A DNA stretch of 63,472 nucleotides, counting the filler, from Intoshia linei (taxonomy: Eukaryota; Animalia; Orthonectida), in assembly GCA_001642005.1 (NCBI GenBank). It is 9 parts of 9 records of this genome, joined end to end, with 100 filler letters (N's around TTAATTAATTAA, not from the genome) between each part and the next. Parts side by side here need not be neighbours in the genome. Positions count along the whole stretch, not along the records: positions 44,537 to 48,004 come from LWCA01002125.1; positions 48,105 to 53,880 come from LWCA01001755.1; positions 53,981 to 61,085 come from LWCA01001598.1; 6 more parts are not named here. The stretch is one strand, 5' to 3'. This document shows, piece after piece, positions 47,111 through 61,085 of the stretch. Positions within the stretch are counted from its first letter, which is position 1. Each line of letters starts with the position of its first letter. Under the pieces are notes generated by a model, which was given only the letters and a program-made list of their open reading frames with translations, ran no database searches and was not told the origin of the DNA. The translations under genes and the position numbers were made by a program.

Positions 47111-47179
47111 AGGTATGTAGTTTTTATGAAGCAACCGAACCAAAATAATTTAAATAATTTTTTAAATTTAAATTTCACA

Positions 47180-48004
47180 TTATTGCCAATAAGATGTTGC
47201 TGTTAATAATTTGAAAAACATCAAGCTTCATTATGAAAGCAAACATAAATCGACATTTCAAAAAATTCATGCAAATTTGAGATTAGACGAATTCAATAAA
47301 TTAAAAATTGGTTTAAAAAACAGGCTATTTTGTTCACAAATAGGGTTGCCAACTGCATTATTTTCCCATTGAGACTTTTGATTTTCAAATTCAACTCAGA
47401 GCTCAGGGTTAAGTGATATTTCTCAGGGTAATTAAATTATTTCAATCAAAATCATCAGATCAGACATATTTTATTTATATTGGATAATTAAGCGATTTTA
47501 TTTGATGTATAAGATGTGTAAACTGTTATTATTTTTTGAAAAAGAGACCCCAAAGTAAAAGAGGGTCCCCAAAAAATAGTTTAAATAACAAAATAACACG
47601 CTTCGCTAAAAAATTCGGGTTGATAATAACTTAATGTTGGTAACCCTATTCACGAATAGGATAGGATGATCCCAGTTATGTTATTTCAAAATTAATTGCT
47701 TAACGCATGAAACCGGTATCTGATGGAAAATTTATTAAAGTACTTAAGTTGCAGTTTTTATCAAAGGCGTAAATTACAAATTTAAAATTGTTGAAGAATT
47801 ATTTGAATTGATACCTATGATAGGGAATTGCGCTGAAAGAGACATTTTTGACGGAATAATGAAAATGATCTCAAAAGCAAATCTTAACATACGTACATTT
47901 GTTAAGCTTACTACGGGCGGTGCTCTATCTATGATGGGCTCAAAAAAAGAAATTGTAAATTTAATGCAAGAACATTTAAAAAATGAAGACATTTCAATGT
48001 CTCT
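47180..48004 (+). mobile_element. Decayed Buster/SPIN (GTF2IRD2/EPM2AIP1-like) transposase
   Basis: EELFELIPMIGNCAERDIFDGIMKMISKANLNIRTFVKLTTGGALSMMG matches the Buster TTDGAPxMxG region. SYVISKLIA..MKP.SDG.FIK lies upstream. Confidence 0.75.
47341..47648. mobile_element. hAT MITE (TAGGGTTG ends) inserted in the Buster remnant
   Basis: TAGGGTTGCCAAC...GTTGGTAACCCTA; TSD ttcacaaa/ttcacgaa. Confidence 0.85.
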
Positions 48005-48965
48005 NNNNNNNNNNNNNNNNNNNNNNNNNNNNNNNNNNNNNNNNNNNNTTAATTAATTAANNNNNNNNNNNNNNNNNNNNNNNNNNNNNNNNNNNNNNNN
48101 NNNNTAATTTTTCATATTTAATTAACTTTGTTTCAATTTGATACGTGTTTTTATAAATATAATGTTGTGTGACCATATGGTCACACTGGGAATATATAGG
48201 CTAATTATTGAAGATATTTTTTCATAATGGGATAACAAATGTTTTTATAATTCTTTACGCAAATGTTAACAAAAAAAATTAAGATGAAATAATTCACTTT
48301 AAAGTAAAAAGTAATGTCATATGATGGTTCCATCTAAAACACTTTTGAGAACCACTTATTTAAAGGATTGATAATTGTGAATATTAGGATTTTTAAGTTA
48401 GATTTTTAACGTGAATTTATTTTTTTAGATTTTTATTAAACCAAACTATAAAGAAAGGTTTTAAGAGTTTTTTTTAAACCAAAATTTCAAGGTTGTCTTT
48501 AAGTTTTGTTTAAAAAATTCAAAAAAAAATCTTAAAAACCCAAAATTAAACTAAAATACAAATAAAAGTTTTACACATTTTATGCAACATAAACTAGCAA
48601 TACATATACATATAAATTAACTACATAAATAATAAAATTACTTGTTTAAATATTCTTTAGTTTTTCAAATGCTTAAAATCTAAATTCAGGATAAATAAAA
48701 TTGAATTGATATAAATTAAATCGATTAATATAATGGGCGTGTTAATAACGTAATGTGACGATTGATTGTATGTCTACTATTTATAAATGTGATATGCGTA
48801 TCAAGTGTATTATGTATATTTTGAAATGAACTAATCATAATCATTTGTTACAATTGATATTAAAATCGAATCCAATTTTAAGGCCTTGAGTCAAGACTTT
48901 TGGCTCATGCATATTAGATAAAAGTTCGGTATGTAGTTTAGTACCGTTCGTTTGTACTAATACAC

Positions 48966-49774
48966 TAGTGATTGTGCTATCCCGGGAAATGACAAAAGTC
49001 GAGAACCGGGAAATTAAAAATTAAATTTCCTGGAAAAAATAAAAAATTTTTATTTATATATAATATAGAAGCATTAAAAATTTTAGAGATTTTAATTAAT
49101 TCTAAAAACAAAAAGAAATTTAATTAATGAAATAACACGAATCTAGATTGAAATTTACAAATTTAATTAGAAAAAAATTTATTTATTTTAGATTGTTGAA
49201 AAAGTGTTTCAAAACACACATAATATTGATAGATTTGTCTTTTAAACGCATTCTACGTTTTGTAACAAAATTATAAGCAGTAGAGAAATTTCTTTCATTA
49301 TGTGTTGACGTAGGTTGAACGGTCATAAAGGCTTCCTTTAATTTTAACAATCTTGATGATAGCGTTTCAGTTTGTAACAACTCATAATATTTTTTAAAAT
49401 AATATTGGAAAAAGAGGATAATTCCTTTAATCGTTAGTAATTTGTGGTTAGAATAAGTGGTTTTTAAAAAAAGTATTAGAAAAAGGATATTTTTCTATTA
49501 AGGGATGGAAAATTAGATTTTTTTCATAAGATTTCGTAAAATCGTATTTTTGAAAAGAATATCGGTGTAAGACAATTTTTCCATGACGGCTTGCAATGGT
49601 ATTTTTGATTAAATTTTATTAGTGGTGGGATTTTTGAAATGGTAAATTTTAAATATTATAATATAATCATATTTTCATAGTAGTAACAAACATAAATCAA
49701 ATTGAGGTATGTCTCAATTTTTTTCGGGAAATCCCAGGAATTTTGTCCCGGTTTTTTTTTCGTCACAATCACTA
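48966..49774 (-). mobile_element. Internally deleted hAT element retaining the C-terminal dimerisation domain
   Basis: TIRs TAGTGATTGTG / CACAATCACTA with perfect TSD TAATACAC. ORF 49183-49380 includes FMTVQPTSTHNERNFS..VTKRRMRL, the hAT dimerisation motif. Confidence 0.92.
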
Positions 49775-51339
49775 TAATACACTGATGGAATGTTTATATA
49801 TCTTAATACAGTGTTGTAGTATTTAGGTATTTCGAATTAGATATTAAAAAATATAAATTATTCTATTTAGATTGCGGACTGGACAGACCCGTTTTAGTGT
49901 TATAACTAATCCCGGATCGGATAAAAATATTATAAAAAACTAATTTTCAACATAGTAAAATAAAATCATATCTTAATTTTATAGAGCTCATTTTATGTAA
50001 AAAAAGTCAAATTGGATTTTTAACAATGAAAAATTTAATATATGAAAATTTAACTTGCAGAAAATGATCAATATCGTAAAACTGTACTAGAAAAGTAATT
50101 TTTTAAATTCTAGAACTGTTCATGTTTTAATTAAACGACAACACTCTCTTTCAAATTAATACATTTGTAAAAAATACACTTTGCGGCTCTTTAACACCAT
50201 TTTTTTATGCTAAAATTTTATATATCTATTTTAATTTACTACATGACTACATTTTATTATTATTTAACAAAATTATATTTTTTGAGTTACTGTGCCTGCG
50301 ACGCAAAAAAAATAAAAAAAATACTTATTTGTAGTGTTAATTTTGCTATTACCAATGCAAAATATCAAATTACCTACGCGTAGGATATTTTAACTAGTTA
50401 TTACTATTACTTATTACTAAAAATAATAAATACATAAATTTTGGGATTTTTTAAAACTTTTAAAATCGTCAATATTGTCGTAAATCTCAAAATCAGAAAC
50501 TTACATCTTCATAGTTAAAACCACAAAGTACTCTTTATTTAAAATTAAAAAAACCTTATATAAAATATAAATTTCGGCATAGTTTTTAAAATTATAAGCA
50601 TTATCATAAATCGTAACCTGAAAATTTTAAAAGTTAAAGCGTTCCAAAAAAATAGTACGGTTCATCAAATTTTCACTATTTTTATGTTAATATTATTATG
50701 TGCTGAGATATGTCAATATTGAAAAAAAAAATTTATTAAATCCATAAGATTTATTTCCTATGACTTGGAGTAACAATGTTGAAAATGAAAAAAATTTATT
50801 TCATGGAATCTCCATTAATAAACTATTCTTTATGATTTCACATTGTTTGTTTTTTCAATGTAAAAAGTAAAAAGACCCAAAAATTTGCGCGGAACGATAC
50901 GGACGGTTTCACTAATCATTATAATTTACGGAAAAAATTGGTGTGTTTTATCTGAACCTTTCATTTTTTATTTCGTAGCTTATTCAGGCTTTGTGTTAAA
51001 AATATGGTGATATTCAATATTGATAATTTATTCAAGTTACATTACAAATTTTAATTAAAAAACGTTCAATGTGTCATGAAATACATATTAACTTGATTTA
51101 CACAAATTAAAATTTCATTAATTAATAGTTATTAATTATTAATTATAATTATTGTAATTGTCAATTGTGAAATACGTCATATGTGACTTTTCTGTGTTTA
51201 TTTAAACGTTAATATGATTTTGTTTATTTTCGCACTAATTAATATCTTTAATTATCTTATGTCTATCGGTTTGTGTTTAATATGTTTCATTGCGAAAATT
51301 GCGAAATGCTGACGTTGTAATTATTTAGATGATTATCAT

Positions 51340-52079
51340 TTTTACACATTGACATTGGCACATTTTTATTATACCCAAAAATAAATTCATGTTGAAAATC
51401 TAACTTAAAAATCCTACTATTCACTATTATCAATCATTTAAAGGAGTGGTTCCTAAACTTTTTTCATTTGATTTGGATTGAAATTTTGTATTTATATCAA
51501 CTGGAATAAGCTCTATCAGAATAATTTTTTTTAAAGGTTAAACTTTTGTATTTATATCAACTGGAATAAGCTCTATCAGAATAATTTTTTTTTTTAAATT
51601 TTTGGACCGTTAATTATTCCACATTTTTGGTTTTAATAAAATATTTTGGAAAAAAAATATATTCATACTAAAATGCTTTTTTGACCAATAAGTCGTCACT
51701 TATTCGGATGGAAATTTTTTTAAATTCTAGGGCTGTTTTCAAAAAAAAAAGCAAGGAAATTTGGGGTTTTGGCCATGAAGGTATAATTTTTTTAAATTTA
51801 AATTTATGATAATGTTTATGATTTTAAAATCCGCATCAGCGTATATATTTTTTTAAATTCTCCAACTCGTTAAATTTTCAAAAAGAGGGACAACAGGGGT
51901 TTTTAATCTTCAAGATGTGAAATTGGGAGGTTGAAATTTATTTTATTATAAGCCCCGGGAAAAACTGTAATTGAAATGTGGTCTTTAAAAATGTCTAAGA
52001 GTGTTAGTTATTTCAAAAAAGTAACACACACAGACACACACACAAACAAAAATCGCGTCGCATTTTATATAAGTTAGGA
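51340..52079 (-). mobile_element. Non-autonomous Helitron-like repeat; other fragments at 10154-10295 (-), 23502-23660 (+), 26060-26420 (-), 22682-22850 (+), 27482-27622 (+), 48343-48420 (+)
   Basis: The 5' end TCCTAACTTATATAAAATGCG is followed by a GT-rich microsatellite, as in invertebrate Helitron MITEs. Internal blocks are shared between copies. The 27482 copy ends in a hairpin (cagagc..gctct) plus CTAG|T. No TSD. Confidence 0.6.
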
Positions 52080-53059
52080 TATTCATATATATATATATTC
52101 CATATAAATTTAATTTGATGTGAATTGAGTGATCCATCTTGAAATAAGTTTGGGAACCACTCCTATCCAAAATGCATCGTAGAACAAAAAACTATACCAC
52201 ATCAGGGGTCCCTATTGGGTCTCTGGGCCCCTTGAGTGTGCAATATTCCTGGTTTTAGTTAAATTGGTTTGGAAAGATTTAAATGAAATATAAAAAAAGT
52301 CTATTAACTGTTTTTTTATTTTATAGGAAAATTTTTATATTTATTAAAGATTTGCTAGATGTTGAGAATTTATCCCAAAGTCTAGCCGATCGGTACTTTA
52401 TTATTTCAAAAACTTCCTTTTATCCTATCATGAATAAAATTTAATAAAAAATACCATTTTAAACTCAGGGGAAATCGACTTGTACCGATATTTTTTTGAA
52501 AAATCCGATTTCACTCAATTGATATAACAGTCAAGCTAATAATCTATATACAATTTAATAAATAATTAATAAATTATTTAAATTTGTTAATAAATAATTG
52601 TGTTAATAAAAAAAAGTGTGTTGCAATTTAAATTTTAAAGATGTATGTGTCTAATTAAGTTTATATCTAGCAAATGTATGTAGCGCAAATAGTAATTTAT
52701 TAAAATTAATGCGCAATAAAAATAAGATGCGTCTTTAGCCGAAATTTTACTAAAAATTTCGATTCAATGCATATTTCCATGGATATAAAAATTAAATATG
52801 CGTCATAATTACTTTGTGATTATTTCTTAATTCATAATTCATTATTTAATTATAATTTATTTAATTATAATCATAATTAATAATGAATTATTTATAATTA
52901 TGATGAATGATTAGCAATGCGATAAACCAAATTTTCACTAATTATTGTCCAAAACACACATAATGGCTTTAGGTTGTCTCATATCAACAATATAATCCCC
53001 GTTAAATAGTCATTGTCATAAAGTACGTAAGATTACATTAAAATTAATTATACATTTAT

Positions 53060-53880
53060 TAATTTATAAAATTATGGAGAATAAAAAAATATACAAAGAC
53101 GCGATTGAATTTGTAAAAAAGAAAAGAAATTATTGTTTCACGCATGAAAAAAAGTTAGACATCATTTTTATACAGGCAAATAGTCGGCTAGAAAATTAGC
53201 AAATAAAATCAAAAACCGAAAAGGAAGAAAACCGAAATTAGTTGACCCCAATATTCAGACAGCATACCTTTTGAATAGTTGTCATAATTTATGTTCCGAT
53301 ACTTATGATTAATACTTAAATTATAAAGATAACCCGAATATAACTGTACAAGGTAATTGGAAAAGATTTGCCATTATGTCTGATATTAAACGACTCGACG
53401 TAACTGTTATGATTAGAGAATTCTTGAGAGATCGACAGCTGACAAAGACTAGAACTGTATCTAAAGATATCTTAAATCTTTTAATCGAAAATGAATATAT
53501 CATCTGCCGAATCGAATCTTTCAAGTAAACTAAGAAAGGTCCAAAGGTTTTTGTCAAAAAATGGATATGAACCTTGCAACCGAAAAGAAAAACAATCGTA
53601 CATTCACGTCAATTATTAACGAAGGAAATGTAATTGGATAAGTGTGCGAATTACTCAAACCAACAATGGACATATTTGAGGGTGGTAAGAAAAAGAGACT
53701 ATCACGGAATGTCCAATCACAAATATTTTATTGGTTGAATGGAAAAATTGTTTAAATGTCTTAAAGAAAAAATATTCAGAATTGTCTCATTATAATGGAC
53801 AATGCTAAATACCACAAAAATCTACTAAACAACGTACCTAAAATGTCTAATAAAAAGAAAGCTTTTATTGATTATTGTAA
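53060..53880 (+). mobile_element. Decayed IS630/Tc1-superfamily transposase
   Basis: The frameshifted reading gives DIFEGGKK..DYHG..NH.YF..W...L...L...CLIIMDNAKYHK, with the second-Asp motif MDNAxYH. It runs into the gap. Confidence 0.72.
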
Positions 53881-54248
53881 NNNNNNNNNNNNNNNNNNNN
53901 NNNNNNNNNNNNNNNNNNNNNNNNTTAATTAATTAANNNNNNNNNNNNNNNNNNNNNNNNNNNNNNNNNNNNNNNNNNNNAAGGCTTTTTTCAACTTTGT
54001 TAATATTTTTAAGTTGCAATGTTGACAAATTAGAAAATATTTTATATAAAATTTGAGTATCTATTTTTTCATAATTATTATCAATGTGAATAAATTATAA
54101 AGATTTGATGTATATATTATGATAATGATAATAATAATAATAACACTTGTATACCAAAATGAAATATATCTTACCCACTATATGAAACTGAGAGTAATTT
54201 TGAAAAACCAAAATGGTTGACACAAACATTATTTTAATTATTCTAGTA

Positions 54249-54557
54249 CAGGTGTCGCTACCTTTCGCATCTCGTGGGACACTTTTTTATATAAAAAATA
54301 TACGGGCTTGTTTCTAAAAAACATTTACACATAATACATTTCAATTTTAAATAAACAGAAACGATTCTAGTATATTCAACAAAATAAATTTCAGGGCGAT
54401 ATGAAAATTCAGTATTAAAATAATTTTAATAAGCAAAGTAAAGTAAAAAATTTTTAAAACGGTTTTTAAAAGTTGAAAAATTTAAAAATAAATAATTTAG
54501 AATTTTACCCAAAGGTCAGCCAAAAATATTATGTGGCTCACTGGTTGGCGACCCATG
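54249..54557. mobile_element. Buster-type hAT MITE
   Basis: CAGGTGTCGCTACC...GGTTGGCGACCCATG with perfect TSD TTCTAGTA. Confidence 0.85.
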
Positions 54558-55039
54558 TTCTAGTATTATTAGTTATTGTGTTCCTAAAATAAAATTATAT
54601 CAATATAATTACATCCTAAGATTCATAAATTAGTTCATTCACAAAATTCGAAAATCATAATTAATTAAATATCAAGATAAAAATTGAAAAGATTATTTTT
54701 TACCGACTGTTGATAAGTATATGTATTTTGAAAATTAATAATTAATATAATAAAAGTATTACGATCTTAATTTTTATTATTTTAGATTTATTTGATAAAT
54801 ATTGTTTAATTAGCAATTATTGTTACAATTTGTAAATATAATAACTTACAAACTAAAAAAAAAGTTTTTAGATAACAAATTTTTTTTACTCTATGTAGTT
54901 ACATATTAAATTAATTGAATTAAGTTCAAGTCAACTTCAATTTTAGCTTTCTTTATATATTAAAATATTTTACATGCTATTTAAAATACAAATCAGTTTT
55001 ATAAAATATCCCACAAGTTATATGTATTATGTTATATGA

Positions 55040-55355
55040 CAGTGCTTTCCAACCGGTGTGTCGTGACACTTGTGTGTGTCGCCAATGATTTCCAAATGTG
55101 TCACCAAACTTAAAATTTTATTTAATTTTTTTTAAATTCCATTAGCAGACAATACAATTGGAAAACGTAATAATGCAAATCAAAAATATTTTTAGTGATG
55201 ATAATAAATTTTACATAGCTTATTTTCAGATTATTAATAGAAAAAAATTGGTTCCTTATATTTATTAATCAATCGTTTATTTTTTGATTGGTGTATTGCG
55301 AAATTTTTTGAGATTAAAATATGTGTCGCCAAACAAAAATGGTTGGAAAGCACTG
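55040..55355. mobile_element. Buster-type hAT MITE
   Basis: Perfect 15-bp TIR CAGTGCTTTCCAACC; perfect TSD TTATATGA. Confidence 0.93.
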
Positions 55356-57071
55356 TTATATGATATAATTATATTTAACTAATATTGTGAATTTAATAAT
55401 GTTATTATTTACAATTTTTTATGTATGTATTATATGATAATAATAACTAATAAAATAATTATACACATTATATAATAATACATGTATATGTATAAAATAT
55501 AAAAATGTATATAAAATTAATAATACAATTGTTTAATATTATTATAATCAATTATTATTATTGTATATCAAAATTAATATATTTTAATAAATAAATAAAA
55601 ATTAACAAATATATGTATATTCGCAAATTTACCTTCTAATTTTAAAGAATTTAAGTATGATTATTTTTTAAGTAAAACTCAAGGTATGATATGCATATGT
55701 AGTAGTAACTTTTATACGAGTTTTTCTTAAACTAAGACTCCCGAATCCCTTATTTCACCATATACGTTTTGCTACAATTTCTAAGCATATTTTAATATAG
55801 CTACGATCCAGTATATAATGCGTAGACAATGGCCAAAAGAAAAACAGTAAAATTTCAAGCTTAAAACCAATATTTTTGAATTATTAGTAAAACAAAAAAC
55901 CATTCTTAATTGTTTATTTAATTGAACATTCTATAAATTAAAAAATTTTGGTTTACCAGCGATTACCAAGATAATTTGAGTTTTTGACTTTGAAGATGAA
56001 AATTACTTAGAATTAAGTTTATAATAAAAAATTAATTGGAAAAACCTGTATTAGAATTTTATATTATTTTGTGTCATTTAAATTTTTCATATTTTATACA
56101 TTAGTAATACAAAATATAAGTATCTCAGGGTCTGTCATAAAAACTGTTTTATACAATAATATACAGTAAATCATCCGTTAAGGGATATGTAAATTTTTTT
56201 TATTTTTTAGGTTTTAAATTTAATTAAATGGCTACATAATTTAAATGCTTGAAGTTATATTAAACTTAGACAATAGAAAACAATTTCTAATGGAATTAAT
56301 TAATAGACATTTAAAAAAATAGTAATGCATAAATAGTGCGGAATATATCCTAGAACAGTGGTTGTCACCATTTTTTAGAATTGCCCTCAATCTAAATCAA
56401 AGTAACATAATTTATAGTATTAAATATCGATTAATTAAAAACTACCTCTTAGAAAATTGTAAATTTTCGTTTTGAGTTAATCTCTAATACAATGTTTCAA
56501 TGGAAAAAAATATTAATTTTAGTATTGTGACAAAATTTATAATTTAATAACTCTTTATGTCATAAATTTTATAGGGTTAATTATGTTATTAATAAAAAAA
56601 TATTTATGAGATTATTCATTTTGTAAAATAATATAGAAAAATCGCCCTGTTCAGAAACACTCTTTTATAACCCAGCGTTCGGTGGTATAGTACAATTTAT
56701 TATTAATATATTATATGAAAATATAAAAAAATCACCAGCTAAAGAAATACAATATAAATAAATTATATTGCTGCCTTACACTACAAGTGCAAGGCATTGC
56801 AATTTACAATGTATGGTAAATATTTATACCGACTAAAATTAAATAATATTTCATAAAATACATATACATAATATACATAATATACATAATATACATATCA
56901 TAAAAAAGTCGATCTAATATTTTAAGTCATAAAACCATAAAAATATTTAAAAAAACTCCTAAAAACTACTAAAAAAATAAAATAATATTGCATTTACGCG
57001 TTCGTTAATTAGAAATTTATTAAATACCAGATATTTTGGCATATATATAGAAAATAAAATTTCGACGTTCG

Positions 57072-57798
57072 TTAAATGAAATATTCGTTAAACAAAACAT
57101 TCAAACAATTTTTTAAGAGTGATGAATCATTGCAAATCACTGTTTTGAATAAATCACATCTCAAATCATCACTGACATATAGTCTGTTGTTAGATTTTGT
57201 TTTTATTTGTACAAGTGTTGAAAATGTCTTTTTATATTCATAGGTTGTTGGAAACGGCATAAGTATTTTGAGAATCATAATAGAAAGGTTTGGATATGAT
57301 TGTGCCATAGCTATCCAAAATTCATTTATTGTACTTTTGGGAAATGTTATTTTGGCAGAGTCATAATTAATTAATGTTATGAATTCTTCCTGGAATACTA
57401 ATTCCTTTACCGGTAACTGTTCAAAATCAAATATAAATAAATCTTTTATAAGGGAATTATATACATCTGTATCATTAAGAGTTGGGAAGTAGTGAATGAT
57501 TTCATTTTTAAGAGAAAGAAGATGTTTTTTAATTGCTTTATCCAAAGCACTTTCTGTTGTAAAAACTATGCTCATGTCATTTAGATATGAATTAAATACA
57601 GAAAACATTGGAAAATTACGTTGATCCATTTTCTTTATTTATAATTGAACTTTCATCTAAAAAGCTTAATTTTTCATTGCAATCAATTACTGTAAGCCTT
57701 TTCCATAAAGAGATAAGTTTAAGAAATTTAATATTTAAAAATATCAACCAGGAAAGATAGACCCCGGGGGTCCGCGGACCCAAGTTTGAGCACCACTG
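57072..57798 (-). mobile_element. Buster (ZBED5/SCAND3-like) transposase C-terminal fragment with adjacent hAT TIR
   Basis: HLLSLKNEIIHYFP..EEFITL..FWIAMAQSYPNLS...LKILMPFPTTY....FSTLVQIKTK.NNRL..DDLR. The TIR TTTGAGCACCACTG ends at 57798; a possible partner end is at 56356. Confidence 0.85.
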
Positions 57799-59143
57799 AT
57801 ATAGACCATATTTTTTTAAGATTTTTTTTGTTCACTATACTCTAATAGTGAAAATAAATTTAAAATTCCACATTTTGTTCATTATAAGGGAGTATGACTA
57901 TATATAGAAAAAATTAATAAAATTTTATTTTAAATACATGATGGAATTTATGAACTTACCAACTATTATATATAAAGGAATATGTATAATGGATAATGAA
58001 TAAACATATAAACTGTTGTATTTTAAGAACAAACGTAATAATTATTATTTAAAATAATATTACCGACTAATTAAAACTTAAATTAACAAATAATATTAAA
58101 GTAGAATCAGTATAACTGATCGATATATTTGATATATAGTTATTTAATCTGATTATTACTGACTATTTTATATTAAGATGATGAATTTTAATACATTTAT
58201 GAAGAATAAAGAACTTAAATCAAACTTATTTATATTTTTATTAAGGGTAAGTGGAATCTTAAAAAATTTTTATTTTATTTTTATTATGGATCATTTTATA
58301 TATTAGTGCCAAAACAATTTATATTTACTGACTATCAAAAAATTAAGAATATATATCAACAAATAAAAAAATACTAATTCAATGAACATACGTGCTATTA
58401 AATTGAAATGTAACAATTAAATCGTTTTATTAGTCTTCTTTCAACAATAGAAATTTATGTTACTATTAAATTGTTATTAATCTGAAATGAAAAAAACCTG
58501 CTATAATTATTTTAAAAATTAAATTTATTTAGGTTAAAATTCTGTATATATTCAATGAATATTATTTATAGTATACATTATATAATGTAATGTGAAAATT
58601 ACTTGTTAGAACTAGAAAAATAAAAAAATTAAAATAATATATTGGAATTTTAAAATCAAATAATATGTAGGCTTACTGGCTATAATTCATTAACATATTA
58701 TTTATTACGTACGCATTATAAATGGCATAACATAAATATTGTATTTTATAAATTTAAAAACTATTTTAAATCTTTAAATGTTTACCCCCTTAGTATATTC
58801 AAATTGTTATTGATTGTATATATTAGGGTGTTTTATTCTTTGAAAAATTTGCTTAATTCGAGAAGTAAGATAAAATATTGTGTAGTTTTCTACCAAACCA
58901 CTTGATGGTAAAAAATCAAAATCAAAATCAATAACAAACTCTTGCATCCGTGATGAATACAATAAATGATTCTTCTAAAAATCGCAAAATTTCCAAGAAA
59001 CATAACAGCCTAGTGAATTCTGCGTAAAATATAACAATGATTTATACAATTTATAAAAATAAGTAAATATTCAAAATACATTCTGTCAAAATTAAAATAT
59101 TAGTATAATTATCAAAACCTAAACTATTTACATACATATATAT

Positions 59144-61085
59144 TAGGGTGTCCACTTTTTTAAAGATCAAAAATATATGATCATATAGGTGTGTTTTTAT
59201 GCACTGATCACGAATAAGTGAAAATTAATTAATTTAATTGAAATTAATCCCGTCTGAAATTAAAAACACTTATAATATTTTTATTTTTAAAAATTTGAAC
59301 TATACTTTATTACACTATATTATTTATTTATTAATCTTATAATTAATGATATAAAATTGAAATGTCGAAATCCAAAAATAAAGTATTCAAAAAAAGTATG
59401 AGGTGGACGCGTCCTTATTGAGTAGTGGTTAATAAACCGCTTAGTAATTTATCGAGATTACCTACTATAAAAAAAGTAATGGGAAGATATCATTTTTTAA
59501 AATTGAAAATAACTCACAACGAAAATCTTATTACTGTGATAAAACTGCAATAGAACTATATTCTTTATAAATGAAATGCACTCTCGGACCGATTACATTA
59601 GGATTAGTAAAAGTCAAACTTGAAAATTTAATGAACAAGTATGCGCTTTATCTAAAAAATTCGAACTACCATCAAAAATTTAAACAAAATTGGAATAACA
59701 TATTAATGATAACAGATAAAAAAATAAAAATTGACAAAGATGAAAATTTTCTTCAAATACAAATTGATTCTCATGGAGAAAGTGGAGCGTGTTCTAGTAG
59801 TTTTTGCATATTAAATTTACAAACTCAACAACCATTACAACAAAAAAATTTTGATTTCCGTTTTGAATCGAAAGTAGAACCATATTAGACAATTCTTCCG
59901 ATAAAAATTATTATCCTCTCCATAAAGTTTCTACAAATAAATCAATAAAATGTGAAAAGTTAGCTAAATCCTCATTATTTACAAATTTTTCCGTTCGTAA
60001 AGTCAAGAAAATAATTTCAATTGGAACTGAAATAGATGTATATCTAAAAGTTGCATTTTCAAGGCACAAATTAAATAATTAAATTTGATAAAGCCTAAAA
60101 TTAAAAATATGTTAACATTATTTAAAGACGATTTATGTCTATATTTTGACGGAACAAAGACCCCAAATTATCAAAACTTGAATAAATATGTGGAGCGTTT
60201 GGTTGTATGTGTGTCAAGTAATATAGATACAGGATTATCCCTTTGTATTTTTTTAAAAAAATTAATAAATTGAAAAGGTAAAACTATGCATGAGACCATA
60301 ATTGAAATACTTGAACAGTATAACATTCAACATAGAATCAAAATAATTATATGTGATACAACGTATGTCAATACAGGAAAAAAATAATGGGACAGCAATG
60401 CTTACAATTAAATTATTAAATGAATCAATTATATATGAAAGCTGCCGCTTTCACGTTCTGGGTCTAATTATCAAATATATTTTTAAATGTATATTTAAAA
60501 TGACACAGAAGGTCCAAATATAAACTTTCCATTTGTTGCATTTGTTCGAAAAAATTTTAAAAACCTTAAAGATAACTATGTTGAAACAACAAACATTGAA
60601 AATATCATTAATATTGAAGGTATATATCCTATATCCTATGCCTATGACCTATATCCAATGCAAGATGGAACACAAAGGCAATTTACGCTATTAAAGATTA
60701 TCTTTTAGGAATGAGAGACGCTAAGATGGTCGAGGCTTGTGATTTTATTTGTTCATATTGGGTAAAATGCTTATTCAATTGTAAGTAATTATTAATATTA
60801 TTTTATATATCGAAAAATATCATAAAACTAATATTAGATATTCCGAAGTGGCCGATTGGGGTAAACTTTAGAATTATTTGAATAAAAAATATGTTACCGT
60901 AAATCAATGTCTAAAACGACATTGGAATGTAAAGTTAAAACCTATGAAAATAATTTATACCAACGAAATATCAAAACGAGCTCTTGTCCAAATAGAAATA
61001 AAATCAACAGTTAGAACAGATGAAAAATTGAAGTTAAAACTGTTGTCTAAATTCAATAATTTTAATTAATAAATTTAAATAAAGT
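59144..61085 (+). mobile_element. Decayed hATm-like DNA transposon
   Basis: TAGGGTG terminus. The broken ORF contains RLPT, LYFDG, ERLVVCVS, ICDTT.VNTG..NG and CRFH (CxxH), typical of hATm transposases. Confidence 0.72.
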
